IMG/VR virus record: IMGVR_UViG_3300045747_000505
DNA from: a virus
Lineage: Duplodnaviria; Caudoviricetes
Strand: one strand, 5' to 3'
DNA: 64,000 bases
Part shown: positions 18,720-27,388 of the stretch, in pieces
How positions within the stretch are numbered: position 1 is the first letter of the stretch
Layout of the letters: each line of letters opens with the position of its first letter
Translations under genes and position numbers: made by a program
Notes under the pieces: generated by a model
Database searches by the model: none
What the model saw: only the letters and a program-made list of their open reading frames with translations
What the model was told of the DNA's origin: nothing

Positions 18720-19112
18720 ATGGCCCGCAAAACAGTCGCTCAACAACGTCAAGAAGAAGCCGCTCAACGCCTCGCCGAGTTTCAAGAGCTCGAGAAGACG
18801 CTGCCCAAGCAGCTCTTCGACCTTCAAGTGCGCGCCTCGAGGCTCAACTGGCTCACGATGCTGACGCTGTCCCCAGTTGGATACACCGTCGAGTTCCTCA
18901 ATGGAACGCACGACTCGCTGCTCACCGTCGAGATGCCACTGCGAATGGGAGACACCGAGCAGTGGCAGCTGGACGCCGTCGCCAACGTGCTGAAGACTCG
19001 CGAGGACGAGCTGGCTGAAGAAGCTGCCCGTCGCGAGCTGGCCAACACGGCTCTCGCCAAGCTGACCAAGGAAGAGCGCGCCGCACTGCGCCAACACTCC
19101 CACTTCCTCTGA
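18720..19112 (+). CDS. Hypothetical protein
   Basis: 130 aa from ATG 18720; AAGGA RBS. Confidence 0.75.
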   Translation: MARKTVAQQRQEEAAQRLAEFQELEKTLPKQLFDLQVRASRLNWLTMLTLSPVGYTVEFLNGTHDSLLTVEMPLRMGDTEQWQLDAVANVLKTREDELAEEAARRELANTALAKLTKEERAALRQHSHFL

Positions 19113-19199
19113 ACCGCACACAATTCCTTATTTGCCTACTAATGCTATTAGAAGTGCGCTGAGTGGTGTTAGTACGGCATCTCCTTTCATAGGGTGAAA

Positions 19200-19508
19200 A
19201 TGATCAATCTGAATCAGAAACCTGCCGAGGTCTTCAACCTCAAAGAAGGCGATCATGTCCTGCTCAATGGGATAGAATGCGTCATGTACTGTCAAGAGCT
19301 GACCAACGAGATCTTCTTCTCGACTGCGGACTCGCGCTTGGCTGAGTATCAAGCGCTTTGGGCTCACGGCGAGGGCCACAGTACTCGCTACACCGACTAC
19401 GTCCGCCACGCTCGCATCGGACGCCCTGCCGTCAATTCGCGCGCCGAGTTTCATCAAGCGCTGCTCAACGACCAAGTCGTCATCGACCCGCCGTTCATCG
19501 GCATCTAA
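19200..19508 (+). CDS. Hypothetical protein
   Basis: About 102 aa; AGGGTG upstream. Confidence 0.65.
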   Translation: MINLNQKPAEVFNLKEGDHVLLNGIECVMYCQELTNEIFFSTADSRLAEYQALWAHGEGHSTRYTDYVRHARIGRPAVNSRAEFHQALLNDQVVIDPPFIGI

Positions 19509-19517
19509 GGATTCCAC

Positions 19518-19964
19518 ATGTCTCTCCTCATTCGCATCAAGGCTGACCAACTTCAGGCTCGCAAGGGCAAGATGACCATGGTTGCCGCTCTGCTCACGAC
19601 CCTCATCGGCGAAGCCGAAGCCATCGGCAAGAACGCCGGCAACCGTGCCACGACCGATGACGAGGTCCTGGCCCTCATCGCCAAGTTCATCAAGAATCTC
19701 GACGAAACGATTCGTCTGCTTCCCGACACCGACGAGCGCAAGCTGTCGGCGATCTGTGAGCGCACCTGCCTCATGCAGTACCAGCCACGGCAGCTGACCG
19801 AGGCCGAGCTGAAGGACCACGTGCGCGCCATTCACGCCGGCCTGCTCGGCATGCAAGCCAAGGCTTCGATGGGCGACATCATAGGCGTGCTCAAGTCGCG
19901 CTTCGGCGGTCAGTACGACGGCAAGCTCGCTTCGGCCATCGTCAAGGCGGAGCTGGCATCATGA
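19518..19964 (+). CDS. GatB/YqeY-domain protein
   Basis: IKAD...ARK, LL..E, D.EVLALI.K.IKN..E, Y.PRQL.E.EL, MG..IG.LK....G..DGK.AS. Confidence 0.85.
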   Translation: MSLLIRIKADQLQARKGKMTMVAALLTTLIGEAEAIGKNAGNRATTDDEVLALIAKFIKNLDETIRLLPDTDERKLSAICERTCLMQYQPRQLTEAELKDHVRAIHAGLLGMQAKASMGDIIGVLKSRFGGQYDGKLASAIVKAELAS

Positions 19965-20176
19965 GATTTCACGACATCACCGGTCAGGGCATGATCGACG
20001 TTGACGAGATCGCCTTCGTCGGCGTCGTGCTGACCGACGAGCGGACCTACATCAACTGGCCGTACTCCATCGTGATTCGCCTGCGCGCCACCGACTCGAT
20101 CATTCTGTCCTTCAAGGACAAGGGCGACGCAATCGAGGCCCGCCGAAGCCTTATCACAGCCTGGGGTGATGTATGA
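19961..20176 (+). CDS. Hypothetical protein
   Basis: 71 aa; ATGA coupling at both ends. Confidence 0.7.
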   Translation: MRFHDITGQGMIDVDEIAFVGVVLTDERTYINWPYSIVIRLRATDSIILSFKDKGDAIEARRSLITAWGDV

Positions 20177-21696
20177 AGTTCGAGTTCGACCGTGTTCTGA
20201 ACACCTCACTGAAGGTGTACTCGCAGCTCTACGTCGGCATTCGGCCGTACGCCGAGGGTCAAGCCACCGACCGTGCGCCGCTCGCCTTCGCCACGCCGTA
20301 CGAGAACACCGCCGCCGGCAAGAAGCGGCAGGACTCCGTGAACAGCTGGAACCGTGAGCAGATTCGCGAGGACAACAAGTGGGTCTACAAGAACGGCATC
20401 ACCAAGATCGTCGACAACAAGCCGCGCGGTGGCTTTCGCATCACCGATGACGTCAAGCGCGTCTACTGGGGTGGCGGCAACGTCGTGTTTCGCGTCGAGG
20501 ACCCAGACGGTTGGGAGGTCGAGATTCAATCGTCCAACCTCATGGCGCTGATTCAGGTCAGCGGCATCAACGAGGGTGGCCTCATCCCCGGCTACTGCAT
20601 GTGGGGTCGTGATTCGACCGGCAAGAACATTCTGCTGCATGAGCGCAGCGACGAGTACAAGAACGCCATTCTGGCTGCCGAAGCCGTGGCCAAGCCGAAG
20701 CAGCTCGGCGTCGGTGGTCGTGAGCTCGGCAGCGTGTATCGTCTCAAGGACGGTCAGGCTGGCGCCTACCTCGGCAAGGTCTGGGTTGTGCCTGAGCGCT
20801 ACGCCGACGACTACGACACTCGCTATCGCAGCGAAGCCATTGGCATGCGCGGTGTCGGCAAGTTCATCGCCAAGGACCTTCAAGGTGAAACGGCGATGTT
20901 CGACGTCGAGCTGCACGGCTCTGGCTACAACAGCGACAAGATTCTCGGCGAGCCCGAGCAGTTCGAAGCCGTTCGCATCGTCAGCGACGACAGCGAGACC
21001 GTTCGCCTCTACAAGAAGGCCTATCTCATCGAGCTGATTCAATCGAAGCTGTTCGACCTCACCCCCGAGACCGCCGCCGACTGGGCCAATCAACACAAGC
21101 TCGAGTGGGCTGGCGGCGGTCGCAACGACAGCCCGCGCTGGTGCTTCGCGACGAAGCCGGAGAAGCCCGTCTACGATCTGGCGCCAGTGTCCGAGCAGCT
21201 GGTTCAGCTGGCCATCGACAAAACCATTGAAGTCCAGCGCCGCTCTCGTGGCTACGCCTACAACGGCGTCAACACTCGCTGGATTCCGAATAGGCCATCC
21301 TACGGCCTGGCCAACATCGTGCAGAAGGTCGATGGGCAGCTCGTCAGCGACGTGCTGACCTGCACTCGGCCGAACGTGCTGATCCAGAGCGAGCTTCATC
21401 AGCTTCACAAGGACGGCTACTCACACGAGAACGACGTGCTCTACGGCCTGCCGTTCTTCATCATCAAGGACGGTACTGGCACTCGTCAACTCCGTGCTCG
21501 CCACGTCTGGAACGGTCGCGACAATCGTCAGCGCCCGATCTCCTACTACGGCGCAATGCCGACGCCGGTCATCGCGCAAGGCACGCAGCGCATGCCGCTG
21601 CTCCCAAGCTTCAGCACCGAGGAGCTCCTCACCGACTACCTCGAAACCCACTACAAGCACGACCTCTTTCAGGTCATCGTCAAGGATTCAGCATGA
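20173..21696 (+). CDS. Large hypothetical protein
   Basis: 507 aa; strong coding bias; GGGGTG RBS. Confidence 0.8.
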   Translation: MKFEFDRVLNTSLKVYSQLYVGIRPYAEGQATDRAPLAFATPYENTAAGKKRQDSVNSWNREQIREDNKWVYKNGITKIVDNKPRGGFRITDDVKRVYWGGGNVVFRVEDPDGWEVEIQSSNLMALIQVSGINEGGLIPGYCMWGRDSTGKNILLHERSDEYKNAILAAEAVAKPKQLGVGGRELGSVYRLKDGQAGAYLGKVWVVPERYADDYDTRYRSEAIGMRGVGKFIAKDLQGETAMFDVELHGSGYNSDKILGEPEQFEAVRIVSDDSETVRLYKKAYLIELIQSKLFDLTPETAADWANQHKLEWAGGGRNDSPRWCFATKPEKPVYDLAPVSEQLVQLAIDKTIEVQRRSRGYAYNGVNTRWIPNRPSYGLANIVQKVDGQLVSDVLTCTRPNVLIQSELHQLHKDGYSHENDVLYGLPFFIIKDGTGTRQLRARHVWNGRDNRQRPISYYGAMPTPVIAQGTQRMPLLPSFSTEELLTDYLETHYKHDLFQVIVKDSA

Positions 21697-22214
21697 GCCA
21701 CAACTTTCGCCTCTACACCTTCGTCGCCGGTCTGTACCTCAGCGAGCTTCAGAAGGGTCTGCAGACCGCTCACGTGGTCGGCGAGCTGCACACGCTCTAT
21801 CGCTCGTACAGCGGTGCTGAAGAACGCGAGACGGCCATTCTCGACGAGTGGGCCGAGCTCGACAAGACCATCATCATTCTGTCGGCTGACAACCAGGCTG
21901 GTGTGCTGAACGCCTTCAACATGTTCGCCCCAGTCGCCATGGCCTCGCTGCGACTGCCGATGGCCCTGTTCTACGAGGACAAGGAGTCGATGAACGGCAT
22001 GGCCACGGCCTGCGGTGTCATCGTGCCGCAAGTCCTGTGGGACGTGACCTTCACGCCGTCGCAGTCGTTCTCTGGAGCTGAGGGCAAGATGCCAAGCTGG
22101 AAGCCCGCCTTCTACCAGCACATTCCGACCAACGGCGACCCGACCATCATCTACGGCGAGGGCTCTGACGAGTTCTCCTTCTGCAAGCTCCTCAAATCCT
22201 ACAGGTTCGCATAA
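21693..22214 (+). CDS. Peptidyl-tRNA hydrolase type 2 (PTH2)-like protein
   Basis: L....LS..QKGLQTAH.....W...DKTIIIL....FYE....G..TA.G pattern parallels PTH2 (GK.AAQ.AH..W...K.VL..T). Confidence 0.5.
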   Translation: MSHNFRLYTFVAGLYLSELQKGLQTAHVVGELHTLYRSYSGAEERETAILDEWAELDKTIIILSADNQAGVLNAFNMFAPVAMASLRLPMALFYEDKESMNGMATACGVIVPQVLWDVTFTPSQSFSGAEGKMPSWKPAFYQHIPTNGDPTIIYGEGSDEFSFCKLLKSYRFA

Positions 22215-22606
22215 TGCTTCGTCTCTCACAGCTCATCGCCTCCCTTCAGGCGTGTCAACAGATGTACGGCGACGTCGAGGTCATGAAGAATGATTTCGAG
22301 GACGGCATCATCCCTATTGCGCCACACGTCGAGTATCGGCGCGTGGCGCTCGATCTCGCCAACGGCAAGACCTCTGAGCTGCTCAGCGCCGCGGACTACT
22401 TCATGGCGCACGACGCGGTGCAGAATCACAACCACACTGTGACCGAGATTCAAGAGATCGTGGACAACTGGGAGATGCTGGGCGCCGAGCTGCGCGGCGT
22501 CTTCACCGATCCCAAGGAGCTCATGGACATGCACATGGTCGCCCACTGGCGGAACATCGCCATCGTGCAGGCCTGGGACAACTCGCCAGTCGTGCTGGTT
22601 CTGTAA
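22214..22606 (+). CDS. Hypothetical protein
   Basis: 130 aa; TAATG coupling. Confidence 0.7.
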   Translation: MLRLSQLIASLQACQQMYGDVEVMKNDFEDGIIPIAPHVEYRRVALDLANGKTSELLSAADYFMAHDAVQNHNHTVTEIQEIVDNWEMLGAELRGVFTDPKELMDMHMVAHWRNIAIVQAWDNSPVVLVL

Positions 22607-22651
22607 CAGCCGGCAATCGTTACACCTGAACCAACGATTGTGTGGTACAAT
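22602..22651 (+). promoter_or_regulatory. TGTAAC-N11-GTTACA element + extended -10
   Basis: Left arm contains the upstream TAA; TG-g-TACAAT at 22646 (27 bp, shorter spacing than the other copies). Confidence 0.6.
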
Positions 22652-22657
22652 GCAGAC

Positions 22658-22900
22658 ATGCAATCGGAGCTTCAAGTGACCAAAGACCAAAAGGCCAAGC
22701 TGTTCTTCTACGCGATCACGATCGTCGCCTTCCCTGGCTTTCTGATCCTGCTCGCCTTGATGCTGATCAACCCGTTCTGGTTTCGCCAGGACATGATTCA
22801 GTGGCTCATTCGCCTCTCGAAGCGCTTCGCCACCTATCGGCGCGAGACGGTCGAGGACATTCGTCGTGGTTACGTTCTCTTCGTGGACTGCTCAAAATGA
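22658..22900 (+). CDS. Small membrane protein, probably leaderless
   Basis: Hydrophobic LFFYAITIVAFPGFLILLALMLI; ATG 6 nt after the -10. Confidence 0.7.
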   Translation: MQSELQVTKDQKAKLFFYAITIVAFPGFLILLALMLINPFWFRQDMIQWLIRLSKRFATYRRETVEDIRRGYVLFVDCSK

Positions 22901-23106
22901 AACTTTTCCTCGCCACCTTTCGCCTCGAGCACAATCCCTACATGGGCCGGACCCGTGTTGACAAGGAGGTGTCCATGCGGCTGATCTGGGCCGCCAGCGA
23001 CGACGAGGCGGAGAAGAAGCTGTACGCTGCACTGGAGAAGCCGGCGCGCCCTGGCGACGACTCTACGTACGTCAAGGACCTGGACATCAACGAGGCCATT
23101 TCGTAA
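22897..23106 (+). CDS. Hypothetical protein
   Basis: 69 aa from ATG 22897 (ATGA overlap). Confidence 0.7.
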   Translation: MKLFLATFRLEHNPYMGRTRVDKEVSMRLIWAASDDEAEKKLYAALEKPARPGDDSTYVKDLDINEAIS

Positions 23107-23177
23107 CATGTCCATGGTAGGTAACATGGACATGTTACACTTTCGCCTGAGCCAGGATGCTCAGGCTGAAGTATAAT
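23103..23177 (+). promoter_or_regulatory. 14-bp GTAAC/GTTAC inverted repeat + TATAAT
   Basis: GTAACATGTCCATG-N8-CATGGACATGTTAC; TATAAT at 23172, 38 bp after GTTAC. Confidence 0.75.
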
Positions 23178-23204
23178 GACTCACCGTCAACCAAGGACCC
23201 AATC

Positions 23205-23786
23205 GTGATCGCACAAGACATCACCACCAAGAAGTTCATCGCCGTCTTCCCGCTCAGCCAGATCTGCGCTCAGTGGAAGGGCTACGTCATCGACGCCGCC
23301 GGCACCATCTACTCGAACCGTCAGACGAAGGACCCCAAGACCGTCAAGAAGATGCTCGGGACTCGGGTCTACGGCTCCAGTCAGCGCAACTTCACGCTGA
23401 ACAAGGTCAACCACCGTGGTGACCGTGTGCTGGCTCAAGCCAAGCGCGCCTCGACCTGGGTCAGGGAAACCGACCCGAAGCAGCTGGAGGTGCCGGAACT
23501 GCCGGCCGAAGCCAAGCCGCAGTGGCCGTTCCCGACCGACAAGGCGCAGAGCGATGCCTACCTCGGCAAGAAGCAGGACGTTCTGCAAGCCGTCAAGGAC
23601 CGTGGCCACGTCATCGCCTCCATCACCGAGGGCAAGCTGACCTTCGGTGCCGAGCCGAAGATTCACTCGACTCTGAAGTCCGTCGACGAAGAGGTCGCTC
23701 GTCTGGCCAAGCTGATGCCCGGCACCGTCTTCGTCAAGCTGCTCATCACCGGTGCCGTCGTCGCCGGTGGCCTGACCCACCTCTGA
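23205..23786 (+). CDS. Hypothetical protein
   Basis: GTG start after AAGGA; 193 aa. Confidence 0.75.
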   Translation: MIAQDITTKKFIAVFPLSQICAQWKGYVIDAAGTIYSNRQTKDPKTVKKMLGTRVYGSSQRNFTLNKVNHRGDRVLAQAKRASTWVRETDPKQLEVPELPAEAKPQWPFPTDKAQSDAYLGKKQDVLQAVKDRGHVIASITEGKLTFGAEPKIHSTLKSVDEEVARLAKLMPGTVFVKLLITGAVVAGGLTHL

Positions 23787-23803
23787 ATCCAGGAGTCGTC
23801 AAC

Positions 23804-24379
23804 ATGTACCAATCCGCATCAATCGCTGGCAAGCTGTCCGGCTCCGATCGTCTCGGCCTGGGTGCTGCCCGCTCCGCCGAAGCCGCGCCAAGCTGGGCTC
23901 GTCCTGGTCAGGCCGCTCGCTGGGCAGCGGCCGCTCCCAAACCGTTGCCCGAGTGGGTCAGCGGTCCCGAGTTGACCGAGGCCGACAAGCCGCTGATGGA
24001 TCCCGCCGAGCAGATCCTCGACATCGCGCTGGCCGGCTCCGCCATGCTCGCTGACGTCTGGCGCGTCAAGACGATCGACGCCATCAACGACACCATCGAC
24101 AAGTTCCTGCGGCCGAAGAGCAACGAGTTCTTCAAGTTTCACGACCACGGCACTCGTGAAGGTCTCATCATGACGAAGATGAAGGCCGTCCCACCAGGCG
24201 GTCGTGTCATCATCGCCCCGCACCGCGCGTTCTCCATGGGCGGCCCCAATGACGTGGACCGTGGGTTGGTCGTCATGGGCGGCCTCGGTCAACACGCCGA
24301 GGTGAACTCGTTTCGTCGAGAGATGATCGAGGAAACGTTCTACGATCTGGCCAGCGCGCCGTATTCGACCGGCTACTGA
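23804..24379 (+). CDS. Hypothetical protein
   Basis: AGGAG RBS; 191 aa from ATG 23804. Confidence 0.75.
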   Translation: MYQSASIAGKLSGSDRLGLGAARSAEAAPSWARPGQAARWAAAAPKPLPEWVSGPELTEADKPLMDPAEQILDIALAGSAMLADVWRVKTIDAINDTIDKFLRPKSNEFFKFHDHGTREGLIMTKMKAVPPGGRVIIAPHRAFSMGGPNDVDRGLVVMGGLGQHAEVNSFRREMIEETFYDLASAPYSTGY

Positions 24380-24382
24380 GTC

Positions 24383-24444
24383 GTTACACCTTCCACGGGT
24401 TGTTACACTTTACCGGTGTACAACCCGTCAGGGTATGGTAGAAT
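24383..24444 (+). promoter_or_regulatory. Two GTTACAC boxes + extended -10
   Basis: GTTACAC at 24383 and 24402; TG-g-TAGAAT at 24439 (37 bp after the second box). Confidence 0.65.
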
Positions 24445-24469
24445 GGTCTCACCAACCGAGAACCTCACC

Positions 24470-24742
24470 ATGCGCCTCATCCTCTCCTTCAACGTCTCCG
24501 ACGACTGCACGTTCTCCTACACGGAGACGGTGCCGATCGAAGCCGAATCACCCGAAGCGGCAATCGTCGAGTTCGAAGAGCAGTGCACCGCCGCCAAGGC
24601 TCGGTGTGAGAAGTCCTGGTTCGACGGTGAGTTCACCGCCTTTGGTCGCACGTTCGACACGACCAACTTCTACTCTGGCGGTCTGATTCAGCTGCCATCC
24701 ATTCAAACCTTCGACGAGTGGTTCGAAGCCAACAAGGAATAA
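24470..24742 (+). CDS. Hypothetical protein
   Basis: 90 aa from ATG 24470. Confidence 0.65.
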   Translation: MRLILSFNVSDDCTFSYTETVPIEAESPEAAIVEFEEQCTAAKARCEKSWFDGEFTAFGRTFDTTNFYSGGLIQLPSIQTFDEWFEANKE

Positions 24743-24744
24743 TC

Positions 24745-25005
24745 GTGAAGCACGAACCCGCACCCTACCGCCGCGTTCGGCAGCAGGAATCCTGGCTCTC
24801 GCCGCTCCATCACCCGCCGACGCCCAGCACCGTGTACTGGATCTCGTACGGCGACCTGCTCGGTCACGATGACCGCATGCAAGCCTACTACACGGCTGGT
24901 TGTGAGTGGCGTCGGATCCGTATCAACGGCGACGGCACTCGCGAGCTCGGTCCCAAGCTGACTCGAACCCAAGGCCTCGTCTACCTGACCCTGCTCATCG
25001 CGTGA
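24745..25005 (+). CDS. Hypothetical protein
   Basis: GTG after AAGGA; 86 aa. Confidence 0.55.
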   Translation: MKHEPAPYRRVRQQESWLSPLHHPPTPSTVYWISYGDLLGHDDRMQAYYTAGCEWRRIRINGDGTRELGPKLTRTQGLVYLTLLIA

Positions 25006-25055
25006 GACGTCCCGCAGGCCGTGATAAGATACGACCTGACAACTCCATCAAAGCC

Positions 25056-27035
25056 ATGATCAAATCCAATCAGAAGTCCGTCGAGCAAAAGTACAAGAAG
25101 CTCTCAGAGGTCGAGCACGTTCTGCTTCGACCTGGGCGCTACATCGGCTCCATCACGCCGCACACCGCCGTTGAGTGGGTGCCGGCTGACCAAGCAACGC
25201 GCATGGTCCAGCGTGAGGTCACGTACAACCCTGGCTTTCTGAAGATCTTCGACGAGATCATCACGAACTCGTCAGACCACAGCAAGACGGCGGAGGGCAA
25301 GCACCTTGACGTCATTCGTGTGGATGTTGATCAGGCCACCGGCGAGATCACCGTCTACGACAACGGCGGCATCCCCGTCGTCAAGCACTCCGAGTACGAG
25401 CAGTGGATTCCGGAGATGATCTTCGAACTTCGCGCTGGCTCCAACTTCGACGACGAAGACCAAGCTCAGCTCGCTGGCCAGAACGGCGAGGGTGCCGCGC
25501 TGACCTGCATCTTCTCGACCAAGTTCCGCATCGAGACGTGCGACGGCAAGAACCGCTTTCTGATGACGCTCACCGACAACAGTCAGGGTGGGCGCGATCC
25601 CAAGGTCAACAAGACCGACCAAGCCGGCTTCACGCGCATCACCTACCGTCCTGACTTCGAGAAGCTCGGCTTGCCCGGCATCGATGACAGCAACTTCGCA
25701 ATGCTGTACGCTCGCACGGTCGAGGTCGCCGCCACCAACACGCACCTCAAGGTCTACTTCAACGGCAAGCGGATCATGACCCGCTCGTTCAAGGACTACA
25801 TCGAGCTGTTCACCGACGGCGCCGAGTACGCGTTCGACGAGGGCGACGCCTTCAAGGTCGGCGTGGCCAAGTCTGTCGATGGCTTTCAGCACACGTCCTT
25901 CGTGAACACGTCGAAGACCAAGATCGGCGGTACGCACATTCACTACATCATCAATCAGATCGTCGACGGTCTGCGCGGTGCGCTCGAGAAGAAGGCCAAG
26001 GTCAAGATCGCGCCGGCCGACATTCGCAATCACCTGCACCTGTTCGTCGACGCCACCATCGTCAATCCGCGCTACTCGTCGCAGACGAAGGACGAGCTCA
26101 TCACCGAGCCGAGCGCCTACGGCCGTGGCTGGAAGTGCCCCGACAAGCTCGTGCAGAAGATTCTGAAGACGGACATCGTTCAGTCGGTGCTCGACTGGGT
26201 CGAGGCGAAGAAGGTCCTCGAGGACATGAAGGCGGTCAAGGCCGCTGGCAAGGAGATTGGCAAGGCCGACCCACGCAAGATCGAGAAGTTCTCCGACGCC
26301 GCCGAGCGCAATCAACGCATCAAGTGCATTCTGTTCCTCTCAGAAGGTGACTCGGCTGCCAAGTCCATTCAAGGCGGTCGCGGCAACAATCCGTACATCG
26401 GCTCGTTCCCACTGAAGGGCAAGCCGGCCAACGTTCGTGAGAAGGACGTCATCAAGGTCCTCGGTCTCGATCGCGAGAAGAAGGACAAGGACGGCAAGGT
26501 TCAGCCGAACGAGATTCAGAAGATTCTGACCATCATCGGCCTGAAGATCGGCACGCCGGTCACCTCGCTCGATCAGCTCCGCTTCGGCAAGGTAGCGATC
26601 GCCTCCGACGCCGACGTCGACGGCTTTCACATCTGCGGCCTCCTCATGAACATGTTCGACCGCTTCTGGCCTGAGCTGTTCACCCTCGGCTTCGTCCACA
26701 TTCTGCGGACCCCTGTCGTGGTCGTCACGCTGAAGGACAAGACCACGCTCGAGTTCTTCACCGAGCGCGAGTACAAGGACTGGGAAGCCAAGAGCGGCGC
26801 CAAGACCAAGGGCTGGACGATGAAGTACTACAAGGGTCTGTCGACGTGGAGCACGAAGCAGTTCGGCGCCTTCCTCGGCGACCTCGAGAAGTACCTCTAT
26901 CGCATCGAGCACATCGACGGCGAGGATGACGAGGCGATCGACCTGGCTTTCAACTCTCAGCGCGCCGACGACCGCAAGGTCTGGCTCGAAACGCCCGCCG
27001 CTGAGTTCGATGACTTTGTGACGGAGACAGCATGA
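25056..27035 (+). CDS. Type II DNA topoisomerase large subunit (T4 gp39+gp60 fused, GyrB/ParE-like)
   Basis: GHKL motifs EIITNSSDH, DNGGIP, GSNFDD, GQNGEG; TOPRIM EGDSA, PLKGK, DADVDG; YYKGL. Confidence 0.95.
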   Translation: MIKSNQKSVEQKYKKLSEVEHVLLRPGRYIGSITPHTAVEWVPADQATRMVQREVTYNPGFLKIFDEIITNSSDHSKTAEGKHLDVIRVDVDQATGEITVYDNGGIPVVKHSEYEQWIPEMIFELRAGSNFDDEDQAQLAGQNGEGAALTCIFSTKFRIETCDGKNRFLMTLTDNSQGGRDPKVNKTDQAGFTRITYRPDFEKLGLPGIDDSNFAMLYARTVEVAATNTHLKVYFNGKRIMTRSFKDYIELFTDGAEYAFDEGDAFKVGVAKSVDGFQHTSFVNTSKTKIGGTHIHYIINQIVDGLRGALEKKAKVKIAPADIRNHLHLFVDATIVNPRYSSQTKDELITEPSAYGRGWKCPDKLVQKILKTDIVQSVLDWVEAKKVLEDMKAVKAAGKEIGKADPRKIEKFSDAAERNQRIKCILFLSEGDSAAKSIQGGRGNNPYIGSFPLKGKPANVREKDVIKVLGLDREKKDKDGKVQPNEIQKILTIIGLKIGTPVTSLDQLRFGKVAIASDADVDGFHICGLLMNMFDRFWPELFTLGFVHILRTPVVVVTLKDKTTLEFFTEREYKDWEAKSGAKTKGWTMKYYKGLSTWSTKQFGAFLGDLEKYLYRIEHIDGEDDEAIDLAFNSQRADDRKVWLETPAAEFDDFVTETA

Positions 27036-27376
27036 GCTCAGCGGGACACTACATTGGACGTGACGACACGTCGGCAGAACCAACCAGGAAGCCGCTAGGG
27101 ATTGAGGGAGCACGGGATGGTGTTCTCAGTGTCGACCGCCTGAGCAAGCTCCCTGCCGTCGAACACCTGGCCGTCCTCGTCGAGAAGCCGTTCTCAGGAC
27201 CCGACGGCTACGGTGGAACCGAGTACGGTCACCTGCTCGAGTACCTCGCCTTCGAAAGTGAAAAAGCCCTCGAGGGCTGGATCCTCGCCGCCACCAAGCG
27301 GAACGATGTGTTTCGCATTCTTCGCACGAAGAAGCTAAGTTACACTGTTCACGCGTCAATCTCACTCGAAGCGTGA
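27032..27376 (+). CDS. Hypothetical protein inserted between topoisomerase subunits
   Basis: 114 aa; GGAG RBS; ATGA overlap. Confidence 0.7.
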   Translation: MSSAGHYIGRDDTSAEPTRKPLGIEGARDGVLSVDRLSKLPAVEHLAVLVEKPFSGPDGYGGTEYGHLLEYLAFESEKALEGWILAATKRNDVFRILRTKKLSYTVHASISLEA

Positions 27377-27382
27377 TATAAT
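27339..27382 (+). promoter_or_regulatory. GTTACAC box + extended -10, leaderless promoter for the gp52-like gene
   Basis: GTTACAC 27339; TG-a-TATAAT 27377 (38 bp); ATG 6 nt later. Confidence 0.7.
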
Positions 27383-27388
27383 CCTACC

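Noticed and set aside
27032-27376. Homing endonuclease or intron between topo subunits
   Set aside because: No GIY-YIG, HNH or LAGLIDADG motif; both topo genes are intact
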